Shown here: positions 21,295 to 31,764 of the stretch, piece after piece
Position numbering within the stretch: the first letter of the stretch is position 1
Layout of the letters: every line of letters starts with the position of its first letter
NCBI GenBank assembly: GCA_049840735.1
Contig: JASGJN010000020.1
Span: forward strand, 736,001-800,000
Length of the DNA stretch: 64,000 nucleotides
Origin: Anaeromyxobacter sp.
GTDB lineage: Bacteria > Myxococcota > Myxococcia > Myxococcales > Anaeromyxobacteraceae
Direction: 5' to 3'
Position numbers and translations under genes: made by a program
Notes under the pieces: model-generated
Database searches by the model: none
Told to the model about the DNA's origin: nothing
The model's input: the letters and a program-made list of their open reading frames with translations, nothing else

Positions 21295-21308
21295 GGTGGA
21301 AACCCGCG

Positions 21309-21701
21309 TTACTCCGGGATCTTCAGCCTCTGGCCCGGCTTGATGACGTTGGGATCCTTCAGCTGATCCCGGTTGGCCTCGAAGATCTTCTGGTACTTCG
21401 CGGCATCGCCGTAGAACTGCTTGGCGATCTTGGACAGCGTGTCACCCGAGACCACCTCGTGGACCCGGACCGGCGCCGGAAGGCTGGGGTCGATGCTGAT
21501 GTCGGCGGTCAGGTCGGCGTACTTGGCGTCGATGGCCTTGATCGCGTTCCAGACCTCGTTCCTGATCCCCTCGTTCGGCACGGCGCCGCGGATGAGCAGC
21601 TTGTCGTTCTCGAGGTGGATGTTCTTCCAGGAGACGCCGCGCGACTTTCCGAGTTCGATCACCTGCTGGTACTTGGCCTTCAACTGTTCGAGGTTCGCCA
21701 T
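21309..21701 (-). CDS. BON-like + LysM domain protein (Kbp/YgaU-like)
   Basis: C-terminal LysM HEVVSGDTLSKIAKQFYG..IFEANRD..I.PGQRLKIP; AGGAGG RBS. Confidence 0.9.
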   Translation of the reverse strand: MANLEQLKAKYQQVIELGKSRGVSWKNIHLENDKLLIRGAVPNEGIRNEVWNAIKAIDAKYADLTADISIDPSLPAPVRVHEVVSGDTLSKIAKQFYGDAAKYQKIFEANRDQLKDPNVIKPGQRLKIPE

Positions 21702-22014
21702 GCCTGTCCCTCCTGACGACGAGCAGCCACGCTCGGCTGGGTGACGCGAACAACTTCCCCGGCCATCACGATCCGGAGGGTGCAGCATCGGCCTCTTGCC
21801 GGGAGGCAGTGCTCGCCATGCGGGTACTCGCCCCAAGTTGTAGCGATCACCGCGTGAAGGGCCAGGGTCCCAAGGATCCAGCCTTCCCCGGCGACGAGCC
21901 AGGCCACCTCTTCCTCGCCGCCCGGCCAGGCGGCGGTGGGCCGGGCCAGGCGTCCCGGGTCCTCGGACTGGAGCTCCGCGTCCCGCATGACGGAAGCGCA
22001 CGGGAGCTCCCGGC

Positions 22015-23205
22015 TCACTCCCGCCGCCACTCGCGGGGCACGGCGTTGTAGGACGCGTAACGCTCCAGCCGGCCCACCAGCTGCTCCGCCTCGCGCTGCT
22101 GCCGCTCGACGAAGCCGAGCACCTCGGCCGACCCGTCGCCCGAGACGTTGGAGCTGGAGATCCGCTTCTGGATGATGATCCGGGCCTGCTGCCAGTAGGC
22201 GAGCTGCCCCTCGAACTCGGTGAAGGCGTGCCGCCACCAGGCCTCGTCGTGGCCGGCCGGCCGGTCCCGGCTCGGGGGCAGCTCCGTGAGCACCAGCTGG
22301 TGCTTCTGCGTGTCGATCTGCACCGAGTAGCCCGCCAGGAAGTCCATCCCGACCAGCCCCTCGAACGCGTCGGTCATCGAGGCCGTCACCGTGGCCGGGA
22401 CGAACTCGGTGCGGGCCTGGTCGACCGAGAGCGAGTCGAGGACCACCAGCACCGCCGGCGCCTGCCCGCCGAGGCCGCCCACGACGGTCATCAGCCGGTT
22501 GGTGCCCTTCTCGAAGACGCCCAGCCGCTCGGCCAGGGGCGCGAAGATCACGGTCTCCGGCGCGCCCGTGTCCAGCGCCAGATCGGCCGTCACCCGGCCG
22601 TTGAGCTTGACCGGGATGATGATGCGCCGCGACTGCCCTTCGAACGCCTTGTAGGGCACGACGAAGCGCTTGAGCGCGGGAGCCTGGGGCTGCTGCTGCG
22701 GGGCTGCCGGCGCGGAGGCCGCTGCGATGGACGGCGTCGGCGCCGGCGCCTCCTCCGCCACCGGCACGGGAGCCGCCTCGGGCGCTGCGCTGGCCTCCGT
22801 CGTCGGGTCCGGCGCGAGCGCCGCGGCGGGCGTGGGCGCGGGCGGTTCGGCCCGGGGCTCCGGCGTGGGGATCGCCACCGCGGGCGTCGACGGTGGCGGC
22901 GGAGAGCCGACCCATCCGCGGGCCAGGAACCCCAGGCCCGCGCTCACCACGGCGACCAGCCCGACCAGCGGGAAGCTCAGTCCCCTGGAGGACGACGGGG
23001 CAGTGCCAGCCCGGGCTTCCGGCGCGGGGTGCCCGCCACCGGGAGCCCTCGGCGGAGAACCCCTCGGGCTCGGGCCTGCGTTCACCGCCTGCGGAGCGGC
23101 CGGCCTCGACGCCGGACGCGCGCTGCGGAAGGCCGCCTTGCAGAACTCGCAGTAGAGGGCGCCGTCGGGGTTCTGCTGGTGGCACACCGGGCACAGCGTC
23201 GCCAT
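22015..23205 (-). CDS. Membrane-anchored retropepsin-like aspartic protease with N-terminal zinc ribbon
   Basis: CPVC..CEFC ribbon, single TM, Pro/Ala linker, ALDTGA catalytic motif, GLVGMDFL. Confidence 0.85.
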   Translation of the reverse strand: MATLCPVCHQQNPDGALYCEFCKAAFRSARPASRPAAPQAVNAGPSPRGSPPRAPGGGHPAPEARAGTAPSSSRGLSFPLVGLVAVVSAGLGFLARGWVGSPPPPSTPAVAIPTPEPRAEPPAPTPAAALAPDPTTEASAAPEAAPVPVAEEAPAPTPSIAAASAPAAPQQQPQAPALKRFVVPYKAFEGQSRRIIIPVKLNGRVTADLALDTGAPETVIFAPLAERLGVFEKGTNRLMTVVGGLGGQAPAVLVVLDSLSVDQARTEFVPATVTASMTDAFEGLVGMDFLAGYSVQIDTQKHQLVLTELPPSRDRPAGHDEAWWRHAFTEFEGQLAYWQQARIIIQKRISSSNVSGDGSAEVLGFVERQQREAEQLVGRLERYASYNAVPREWRRE

Positions 23206-23281
23206 GTCCGGATCTGGCCAGGTTCACGGGGCGGCGACAAGTGCAATCATCGCCGGGCGCGCCGCGCCGAGGAGCACGGGC

Positions 23282-23689
23282 TCACTTGCGCCCGCCGCGG
23301 GAGGCGCTCCGCCGTGTGGCGCCCTTGCGCTTCCCGCCGCCCTTCCCGCCCTTGACGGTCCGCCTCAGCAGCATCGCGCCCGGCGCGGCGACTGCCCCCA
23401 GGCCGCCGGTCTCCACCACCTTCTTCAACCAGGCCAAGGCCCTCGCCTTGGCCTGGCTGGGCGCGGCGCCCTGCCCGAAGATCTCGGCGAAGAGCACGAA
23501 CCCGGACCGGGCTTCGATGGTGGGGACGATCCCCTGCGCCGCGAGGCGGCCGGAGAGCTGTCCGCGGTCGTCGTAGCGCGCGCGCAGCTCCTCGTCGTAG
23601 GCCGCGAGGAGCTGGTCCGAAGGCTGCGGCTTCTCCGGCCTGGCGAGCGCCAGGGCGAAGGCGACCAGGTCGCGCTGGAAGGTGGGCAT
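23282..23689 (-). CDS. Hypothetical protein with basic C-terminal tail
   Basis: MPTFQRDLVAF... start overlaps the upstream stop; K/R/G-rich tail. Confidence 0.65.
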   Translation of the reverse strand: MPTFQRDLVAFALALARPEKPQPSDQLLAAYDEELRARYDDRGQLSGRLAAQGIVPTIEARSGFVLFAEIFGQGAAPSQAKARALAWLKKVVETGGLGAVAAPGAMLLRRTVKGGKGGGKRKGATRRSASRGGRK

Positions 23690-24749
23690 CACTTGTCCTC
23701 GTGGAAGAAGGCGAACCCGAAGCCTGCCAGCCAGTAGTCGCGCTGGCTCCTGAACTGCCCGGCGGGGTTCACGCCGTAGTAGCCGCGCAGGTAGAAGTGG
23801 GTGAAGCCGCCGAAGTTCCCCGGGTCGGGCCGGACGCCCGCGAGGGCGTTGACGGACCACTGCCACTCCTCGTTCACCGTGACGTCGGCGCGGTCGTAGC
23901 CGTAGACGGTGCGAGCGCGGAGATCGACGGACAGGAACGGCCGCCGCAGGAGCGACCAGAGCAGCGGCCGCTCCAGGCCCAGCTCGACGGCGAGCCCCGG
24001 CTCGTAGTTGCGCCTCGAGGGCGTGACGGCCCCGCCCGCCGGGTGCTCGAGCTCCCGGCTGTACCAGCTGTCGCTGCCGGTGAAGGCGATCTGCATGTAG
24101 CGCGCCTGGAAGCGCGCTCGCCAGGTCTCGAAGTCCAGCCCGAGCTGGAGGGCCCCCTCGATGCACTGGTAGCTCACGTTCACGCGGCGGAAGTCCTCGC
24201 CGTACGCCTCGATCCCGTTGAGCGTGAACTCGTCCCCGATGTGCGTGCTCTCGTGGCCCGCGTACAGCTGCGCGCCGAACACCGCCCCGGAGTCCTCACC
24301 CCCGGGCCTGGGCAGCCCCACCTGCAGCTTCGCGGCGAGGCCGAAGCGGTAGTCCACGTTCAGGATGGGATTCGATCGATCCTTGCCCAGGTCCTCGATC
24401 ATGTGGAAACCGACCGGCAGCCAGAGCCCCCAGCCCCACGCGCGCGGGCCGAGCCACTGGGACGAGGCCTGGCGCAGCTCGGTCTGCCACCCGGCGACCG
24501 GGAGCTCCCTCCCCATCGTGATGTCCCAGACCATCCCGGGCTTGTCGCTCACCGCCTGCGGCACGGCGCGCGACCAGGCCGGGAAGGCGATTCTTGAGGA
24601 TGGCCGCGCGCGGATTCCGCCAGCGCCGGCGTGAAGTAGGTGCGGTCCTTGAAGAACCACCAGCGACTCTCGATGTCGCCGGCCTGCGCCGCGTGCGCGA
24701 TGAGCAGCGCCGCGACGGCGACGGGGTGCGGGATCCGATGCTCGCGCAT
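23689..24749 (-). CDS. Exported outer-membrane beta-barrel, DUF1207-like (frameshift ~24615)
   Basis: Signal peptide (AVAALLIAHAAQA), NVDYRFG, HESTHIGDEF motif, GxNPAGQF, aromatic C-terminal strand. Confidence 0.65.
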
Positions 24750-24955
24750 GATCCAGGCCCCTCCTCTCGGAAGGCTGGCGCATTTCTGTTGCGTCCCACA
24801 CGCGTGGTCAAGGCACCAACGTGGCGCCCCGGCGGGCGCCTGCGCACCCACTTTGAGTGAGGAGGCCCGGCGGGGGCGACCCCACTGGCCCGGGACGGAG
24901 ACAGGTCGTCAGGTGCCGATGGTCGCAGCGCGGCGGCAACGGCGTCCAGATACGG

Positions 24956-24989
24956 GAAACCCCGACCGCCTCTCGGCGATCGGGGTTCC
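24956..24989 (-). terminator. Intrinsic terminator-like hairpin after fadL
   Basis: Minus strand GGAACCCCGATCGCC-GAGA-GGCGGTCGGGGTTTC, 34 nt after the stop. Confidence 0.65.
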
Positions 24990-25022
24990 GGGTTGGCGAC
25001 TTCAACCGGAGCCGAAGCCCCG

Positions 25023-26261
25023 TCAGAACCGGTACGAGACGCCCCCGTCCACCTGCAGCTGCGACATGCTGGTGGAGTAGGACGCGATCATCTGCCCCGG
25101 CGGCGGGCCGGCGTTGGCGCCGGAGATCCGGGCCTCGGGTGAGTAGATGGCGGAGGCCTGGAGCGAGAGCGCGTCGGTGACCGCCCAGCCGACGCCCACG
25201 GTGTAGTGGTCCTCGGTCACGGCCGGGAACACCAGGTTCTCGAACGCCCGCGAGGGATCGAGCGGCATCTTGCCGTGGTTGTAGCCGACCCGGAGGTCCA
25301 GGCCACGCAGGACCGTGAGCTGCGCCCCGGCCTTCAGGACCCACTGGTCCTCCCAGTTCAGGTCCCACGGCATCGTCGTGGGCTGGCGCTGCGAGTAGGC
25401 CGGCAGGCCCTTGCCCATGGTGTCCGACCAGTCGATCCACTGCAGGTCGGCGGCGATCACCAGCGAGTCGAAGGGGCGAAGGGACGCGCCCAGCGTCGCG
25501 AGCTGCGGCTGATCGAACGTCAGCTCGTCCGTCCCGCCCGGAACGTCGAAGCTGAAGTCCTGGAAGTAGCCCTTCGTCTCGTAGGCGGCGCCGATCGACA
25601 GCATCTTCACCGGCGTGAACTTCACGCCCAGGGTGGCACCGTAGCCCCAGGACGTGGCGGTCGAGTGCTTGACCTGACCGCCCATCTCGGGCGGGAGGTT
25701 TCCAGCGATGTCGTACACGAGCTGGGCCATCATGACGTTCACGGCCACGCCCACGCTGAGCTGATCACCGAACCGGTACGCCAGCCCCGGCGCGAGGCGC
25801 GCGACGAGGTAATCGGTCTTCGCCTTGCTGAGGTAGATGTTCTCCGGATACTCGACGCCCAGCCCGGAGATGCAGAACAGCCCGACGCCGGCGCTGAAGT
25901 TCCTGCCGACGGGGCTCACGAACGCGAGGGCGGGGATGGGAGAGCCGCCCCGCGTCGAGGCCACCGTCTGGCCGTCGTGCGTGAACAGGGAAGGCGGCGC
26001 CCCACCGGTGGGCGTGCCGGTGGCCTGGTGCTCCACGTCTGCCGCCAACCAGCCGACGGAGAGATCGAGCCGCTGGCCCAGCTCGGTGATGCCGGCCGGG
26101 TTCGAGGCCAGCGCGTTCCCATCCGTCGTGAAGCCGACGCCCACGCCGCCCATCGCGCTCTGCGCCGGGCCGAACCCGATCACCCGGGTGCCGTTGGTCG
26201 CATGCGCCGGCGCTGCCGCGAGCAGCGCCATCACCATCAGTGTCGTACCGATCCGTCTCAT
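25023..26261 (-). CDS. OmpP1/FadL/TodX family outer-membrane transporter
   Basis: Signal peptide then ATNG..G.G...MGG and NPAG hatch motif; C-terminal YRF. Confidence 0.9.
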   Translation of the reverse strand: MRRIGTTLMVMALLAAAPAHATNGTRVIGFGPAQSAMGGVGVGFTTDGNALASNPAGITELGQRLDLSVGWLAADVEHQATGTPTGGAPPSLFTHDGQTVASTRGGSPIPALAFVSPVGRNFSAGVGLFCISGLGVEYPENIYLSKAKTDYLVARLAPGLAYRFGDQLSVGVAVNVMMAQLVYDIAGNLPPEMGGQVKHSTATSWGYGATLGVKFTPVKMLSIGAAYETKGYFQDFSFDVPGGTDELTFDQPQLATLGASLRPFDSLVIAADLQWIDWSDTMGKGLPAYSQRQPTTMPWDLNWEDQWVLKAGAQLTVLRGLDLRVGYNHGKMPLDPSRAFENLVFPAVTEDHYTVGVGWAVTDALSLQASAIYSPEARISGANAGPPPGQMIASYSTSMSQLQVDGGVSYRF

Positions 26262-29017
26262 GTCGTGTTCTCCCGTTGTAGTCCGACCGCGGCCTCACTC
26301 CATGTCTGCAGCCGGCGAGGTGCCGGGGCGGGCTCGACGCCGCCCCGCTCCGCGCCGGCGGTCCTCCTCCTCACTCCGGAAGCCGATGCCCCGACCGGCC
26401 GGCGCGGTGGCCGCCTGGCGCGAGGGCCGTGGGGCGCCGCAGCGCCGGCTCCGGCGCGGCCAGGCGAGGCGAGGCCCTGGAATCCGTGCCCGGAGATGCG
26501 GAACGTGCCCACCATGCTGGCGAGCTCCTCGGACTGCCCGTTCAGCTCGCTGGCCGCGCTGGAGGACTCCTCGGCGCTGGCCGCGTTCTGGTGGGTGATC
26601 TTGTCCATCTCGCCGATGGCCCGGGTCACCTGCTCGAAGCCCTTGGCCTGCTCGCGGGCGGCCGTGGAGATCTCCGAGACGATGTCGGACACCTTGCCCA
26701 CGCCGGAGAGGATCTCGTCCAGCTTCCCCGCGACCTGCCGGCTGGCCAGCTCGCCCTGTCCCGTCTCGGCCACCGACTGGCGGATCAGCTCCTCCGTCTT
26801 GCCGGCGGCCTCCTTGGCGCGCAGCGCCAGCGAGCGGACCTCCTCGGCCACCACCGCGAAGCCGCGCCCGGCATCTCCGGCGCGGGCCGCCTCCACCGCC
26901 GCGTTCAGCGCCAGCAGGTTGGTCTGGAAGGCGATGTCGCTCACGTCGCGGATGATCTGCGAGGTGCCCTCGGCCGAGCTGCGGATCCTTGCCATGGCGG
27001 CCTGCATCGACTCGACCGCGCTCGCGCCCTCACGGGCGGCGGCGCTGGCCGTCTGCGCCAGCGCGTTGGCTTGATGGGCGCTCTCCGCCGCCTGCCGCAC
27101 GGTCTCGGAGACCGTCTCGACGCTGGCGGTCGTCTCCGACAGGCTCGCCGCCTGCTGGCTGGCGCCGGTGGCCACCGCCGCGGCGGAGGACGCGATCTGG
27201 GCCGAGGCGCTGGAGACGTGGGCGGCGGCGCCGGAGACCTGCGCCAGGGCCTCGTCGAGCACGTCGGCGGTCGCGTTCAGCGCGTCCTTCATCGCGGCGT
27301 GGTCGCCCCGATAGCTGCCCTCCATCCGGGCGCGGAGGTCGCGCTCGGCCAGCTGGCCCAGCACCCGGGTGGCCTCCTGGACCGGCGCGAGCAGGGCACC
27401 CAGCGCCTCGTTCACGCCCTCCATCAGGCGGCGTGACTCGTTCTGGTAGCGGGAGGGATCGGTGCGGGCCGAGAGGTCGCCGGCCGCGAGGCGCTCCAGC
27501 ACCCCGGCCAGCTCGCGCATGGGGGCGACCAGCGCGTCGAGGGTCGCGTTCACGCCCTGCACGATGGTGCCGAAGCCCCCCGGCTGCCGGCTGGCGTCGG
27601 CGCGGACGTCGAGCCGGCCCTCCACCGCCGCGCGGGAGAGGCTGGCCGCGTCCGTGACCAGGGCGCGCAGGTTGGCCCGCACCTGCTCCACGGCGTCGTT
27701 GATGAAGCGCCGCTTGCCGGGGAGCTGCTCCAGGGCGGCGTCGAAGTTGCCGCGCCCGAAGTCGGTGAAGACCGCGAGCGCCTTCCGCTGGACGGCGACG
27801 TGTGCGCTCACCATCGCGTTCAGGCCCCGCGCCATGGCCTGGTAGTCGCCCGCGAAGCGCCCCTCGTCGATGGCGGCGTCGATCTCCCCCTGCTCGTGCT
27901 CCGCGCTCATCCGGTTCATCTCGGCGATGAGCGAGCGGAGGCCGGCGCGGACCTGGTCCACCGTGTCGTTGATCACGCGCTTCTTGCCGGGGAGGGGCTC
28001 CAGGGTCGCGTCGAAGTTCCCTCGCCCGAACTCGGCGAAGATGCCGATGGCCTTCCGGCTCTGGGCGACGTGCGCCTGCACCATCTGGTTCAGCCCCTGG
28101 GCGACGGTCCGGTACTGGCCGGCGAAGCGCGCCTCGTCGATCAGCGCGTCGGTGTCGCCTGCGTCGTGGGCGGCGCTCATCCGGGACATCTCGGTGGTGA
28201 GGCTCCGGAGGCTGTGCACCACCGCGTTGAGGCTGTCGCGGACCCTGTCGAAGTCGGGGCCGCGGCTCTCGGTGAGCGGCTCGGGCAGGTCGCCCTGGGC
28301 CAGTCGCGCCAGCCGCTCGTCGATGGTGGCGAAGATGCGGGCCATGCTCACCGTGAACTGGCGGCCGATCAGGAAGCCCGGGATGGCGAGCACCCCGAAC
28401 CCGCAGGTGAGGAGGATGCCCGACCAGAAGATGACCCGGTCGACCTCGGAGGCACCGGCCGTCATCTCATCGCGGGCGAGGGCCTCGAAGGCGTCCAGCC
28501 GCGCGTTCGCGGCCTCGTGGAGCGGCTTCATGGCCACCACCGCCGCCAGCACCTCGTCGTTCGCGGCGGCCCGCGTCGGGCCGTCGGGCGCGGTCTGGTC
28601 GCGCTCGCGCTCGAGCGCCAGGGCCGAGTCTGCGGCGCGGCGCCACAGGGTCCAGGGAGCCTCGAGCTCGCGCCAGGCCCCGGACGCCTCGGGCAGCTTG
28701 GGCTGGCTGCCGAGGTCCTCGTACGCGGCGTCCATGACCCGGAGGGCCTCCGCCGCCCGCAGGTACAGATCGTTCCGGTAGTCGCTGGGGAGCCGGTCGG
28801 CGACGAGCGCCTGGACGCTCCGCATCACCTCTGCCTGGGTGTGGGACAGCTCGGAGGCCGCGATGTGGTTGGGGATCCGGCCCCGGAGGACCGCATCCGA
28901 GAGCGTGGAGAGGCGGCCGAGCACGAAGAGCCCCGCCACGAGGTCCAGGGAGAGCAGGCCTGTCACGAGCGCCAGCGTGACGATGATCCGGGTGCTGATG
29001 CGGAGCTTGCCGAACAC
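26258..29017 (-). CDS. Methyl-accepting chemotaxis protein with 4HB sensor and multiple HAMP domains
   Basis: Two TMs flanking a periplasmic domain; tandem ~90-aa HAMP repeats; IAFQTNLLALNAAVEAARAGDAGRGFAVVAEEVR signalling hairpin. Confidence 0.93.
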   Translation of the reverse strand: MFGKLRISTRIIVTLALVTGLLSLDLVAGLFVLGRLSTLSDAVLRGRIPNHIAASELSHTQAEVMRSVQALVADRLPSDYRNDLYLRAAEALRVMDAAYEDLGSQPKLPEASGAWRELEAPWTLWRRAADSALALERERDQTAPDGPTRAAANDEVLAAVVAMKPLHEAANARLDAFEALARDEMTAGASEVDRVIFWSGILLTCGFGVLAIPGFLIGRQFTVSMARIFATIDERLARLAQGDLPEPLTESRGPDFDRVRDSLNAVVHSLRSLTTEMSRMSAAHDAGDTDALIDEARFAGQYRTVAQGLNQMVQAHVAQSRKAIGIFAEFGRGNFDATLEPLPGKKRVINDTVDQVRAGLRSLIAEMNRMSAEHEQGEIDAAIDEGRFAGDYQAMARGLNAMVSAHVAVQRKALAVFTDFGRGNFDAALEQLPGKRRFINDAVEQVRANLRALVTDAASLSRAAVEGRLDVRADASRQPGGFGTIVQGVNATLDALVAPMRELAGVLERLAAGDLSARTDPSRYQNESRRLMEGVNEALGALLAPVQEATRVLGQLAERDLRARMEGSYRGDHAAMKDALNATADVLDEALAQVSGAAAHVSSASAQIASSAAAVATGASQQAASLSETTASVETVSETVRQAAESAHQANALAQTASAAAREGASAVESMQAAMARIRSSAEGTSQIIRDVSDIAFQTNLLALNAAVEAARAGDAGRGFAVVAEEVRSLALRAKEAAGKTEELIRQSVAETGQGELASRQVAGKLDEILSGVGKVSDIVSEISTAAREQAKGFEQVTRAIGEMDKITHQNAASAEESSSAASELNGQSEELASMVGTFRISGHGFQGLASPGRAGAGAAAPHGPRARRPPRRPVGASASGVRRRTAGAERGGVEPAPAPRRLQTWSEAAVGLQRENTT

Positions 29018-29094
29018 GGAGCCTCCCCCTCGAGATTTGTGACGACCCGTCCAGGCAGCCGCGCATGACGCCCAGCGACGGCCGCCCAACAGCT

Positions 29095-29110
29095 AGCACG
29101 GTGAGTGCCA
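29095..29110 (-). promoter_or_regulatory. Sigma-54 (-24/-12) promoter for the MCP-fadL unit
   Basis: Minus strand TGGCAC-TCACC-GTGCT, correct GG/GC spacing, about 80 nt upstream of the start. Confidence 0.7.
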
Positions 29111-29281
29111 CCTCCGGCGCCACGCCCTCCTCGGCCGATTCACTCTGTGTGATTCACGGGATCGGCCCCCATGGGCAGGGGACGCGCCCCTCGCCCACGG
29201 TGAAGCGGCCGGCACCCCCTGTCGCCTCGCACCCATGGTGTGGGAACGACGACGAGTGCGTGCGAGTGCGAGGGCACCGTG

Positions 29282-31426
29282 CTACCGGCGGGCGGCCGCG
29301 GGCTTCGCCGGCGGGCCGGCTCCCTCGGGCAGCGCGTAGGCCCCGGCGGTCTGCTGCAAGGACGAGGAGAGATCGTGCGCCTTGGTGGACATCTCGCCCA
29401 GCATCCTGGCGCCGTCGCGGATGGACTCGGACGCCTTCCGCATGTTCGTCAGCGCCTGCGAGACCTGGCTCACCCCGGCCTGGTGCTGCCGCGCCGAACC
29501 CTCCACCTGCCGCATCAGCCCGACGGCCTCATGGACGGTCTGGCCGAGCGCCCCCACCACCTCCCCGAGCCGCGAGACCAGCGCGCTTCCGTTCTCCACC
29601 GTCCGGGCGCCCGCCACGACCGTGTCGTCCACCTGCGCGGTGCGCTCCCGGATCTCGGCCAGGAGCTCCCGGATGGCGGACGCGGCCTTGCGGGAGTCCG
29701 CCGCCAGGCTGCGGAATCTCCCGAGAGACCACGCTGAAGCCCTTGCCCGCCTCCCCGGCGCGCGAGGCCTCGAGGGCGGCGTTGATGGCGAGGGTCGAGG
29801 ACTGGTCGGCCAGGAAGGACACCGTGTCGTTGATGTCCTCGATCTTCCGCACCCGCTCCGCGAGCGCGGTCGAGGCCTGCCCCACCTTCCCGAGCGAGGT
29901 GGAGATGGCGCCCATGGCCTGGATCGCGGACTCGACGGCCGTGCCGCCCTCCTCCACGACCGCGCTCGCCGACTCCCCTTGGCGGATCAGCTCCGACGCG
30001 CGGTCGGCGGCCACGGCCGAGGTCTGCGCCATCTCGGTGGTGGTGTTGGCCGTCTCCGTGACCGCCGCCACCTGCTCGGTGGTGGCGGCCGAGAGCTGCG
30101 CCGAGGCCGACTGCAGGTTCACCACGATGTCGGCGACGTCGCTCGAGACCGCCTGCGTCCGGCCCACCATGGCCCGCAGGTTCCCCGTCATCCGCTGGAT
30201 GGCGTCACCCAGGTCCCCCGCGACGTCGACGTCGCGCCGCAGGTCGCCCGCGGCGATGGTGCGCGCCTGGTCGGCCACCGCCTGCAGCGAGCCATGGAGC
30301 CGCTGGAAGGCCGCCCCGAGGTCGCCCGCGATCCCGCTCGACTGGATGGTCTCCCCGCGCGAGAGCGCGTCCATGCGCCCGGCCAGCTCCAGCATCGCCG
30401 CGCGTGACTCCCGGAAGGCCTGGATGAGCCCGCTCTCCCCCTCCAGCTCACGGCCGAGGTCGCCCTTGGCCATGGCGCGGAGCTGGTCGAAGGCGTGCTG
30501 CAGCTCGAACCCGATGCCGGCCGTGACGCTCGCGAGATCCCCATCTCGTCGGTCGCCGTCCAGTGCGGCAGCCGGGGAGCGCCCGCCGCGATGGCGCGCA
30601 GCGCGGCCTCGACCTCGGCGGCGGCGCGGGCCTCCCGCCGGGCGAGCATGGCGCCGGTGATCCCGAAGGCGACGAGCAGGATCAGCAGGAGGCCGAGCAC
30701 GGGCAGGCCGGCCTCGACCTCGAGCCCCCCCAGCTGCGCGCGGACCACGTCCGCGGCGTCGCCGAACCGATCCCCGGCCAGCAGCGCCAGCAGCCGGTCG
30801 CTGGCCGAGCGCCACTTCACCACCACGGTGATCCCGGCAAACGCCACCAGCGTGAGGAGGGCGATGCAGAAGGCGTACGGGAGGTACCAGCGCTGGCGCA
30901 CCCAGAACGGCCCGGACCCGGTCGGCCGCACGCCAGGATTCCGGAGCGCGATCTCCAGCACCGCCGGGCGGAGGTGCTCCTCGCAGCGGATGGCCAGGAT
31001 GGGCCCCAGGAACAGGGCCGCGAAGAGCCCGGCGATGGCCCCCAGCCAGAGCCGCTCGACGGGCCCGCCGAAGATCATGGCCGCGGCCACCGTGTACGCG
31101 GCGCCGCCCGCCGTCCAGCCGAGCGTATAGGGCAGCACCTCCATCCGTCGCGGCAGCTCCAGCAGCCGGCGGAGGCGCTCCGGATCGCCTGGCGCGTCGA
31201 AGGCGGAGCGCGTCAGCACGGTCGCGGCCACGTACTCGAAGGCCATGGCCAGGGAGACCATGGGGACCAGCACCAGGGAGGTCGAGAGGGCGGTCGTGGA
31301 CCACGAGAAGCCCAGCGAGATGGCGATCAGGTAGCCCACCACGATGGAGCTCGGGAACGAGGTGAGGCACACGCTGCCGAAGATGCGGTTGCGGATCTCG
31401 AGGGGATCGACTGCGGGTCTGGTCAT
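29282..31426 (-). CDS. Methyl-accepting chemotaxis protein with multi-TM N-terminus (frameshifts ~30535 and ~29720)
   Basis: About 6 TMs, HAMPs, LADQSSTLAINAALEASRAGEAGKGFSVV hairpin; spread over three ORF-track frames. Confidence 0.85.
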
Positions 31427-31555
31427 GAGGCCACCTGTCGGCTCGGTCGCTGGGTGGATGAGCATGTCGCGCGCTCGCGAGATTTCAGCCTACCCCACCG
31501 CGGGGGTGGGTCTCCACCGCCGGTTACAGGCTTCGGAGGTCCGGATCGGATGGCG

Positions 31556-31720
31556 CCCCTGGGTCAATGTGCACGCAGAGCGCACTCACGCTCCGTGCAA
31601 GGTATGCGCGTCGAGCCGGGCGGTCGGTCCGGGTTGGCGCGTTTCGTGACCAGGAGTCTACGGTTTCCCCTGGGTCAAGGTGCACGCAGAGCGTACTCAC
31701 CTTCCGTGCCAGGTGTGCGC
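31556..31720. repeat. Imperfect 54-bp direct repeat (31556-31609 and 31667-31720)
   Basis: CCCCTGGGTCAA(T/G)GTGCACGCAGAGCG(C/T)ACTCAC..TCCGTGC(A/C)AGGT(A/G)TGCGC, period 111 bp. Confidence 0.9.
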
Positions 31721-31764
31721 CTGGTGCGAGCCAGCCCCGCGACGATTGCGCGCCGGCGCGTGCC

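Noticed and set aside
31556..31720. Mini-CRISPR or tandem c-di-GMP riboswitch
   Set aside because: Only two imperfect 54-bp copies; no GEMM GAAA tetraloop/receptor signature recognised
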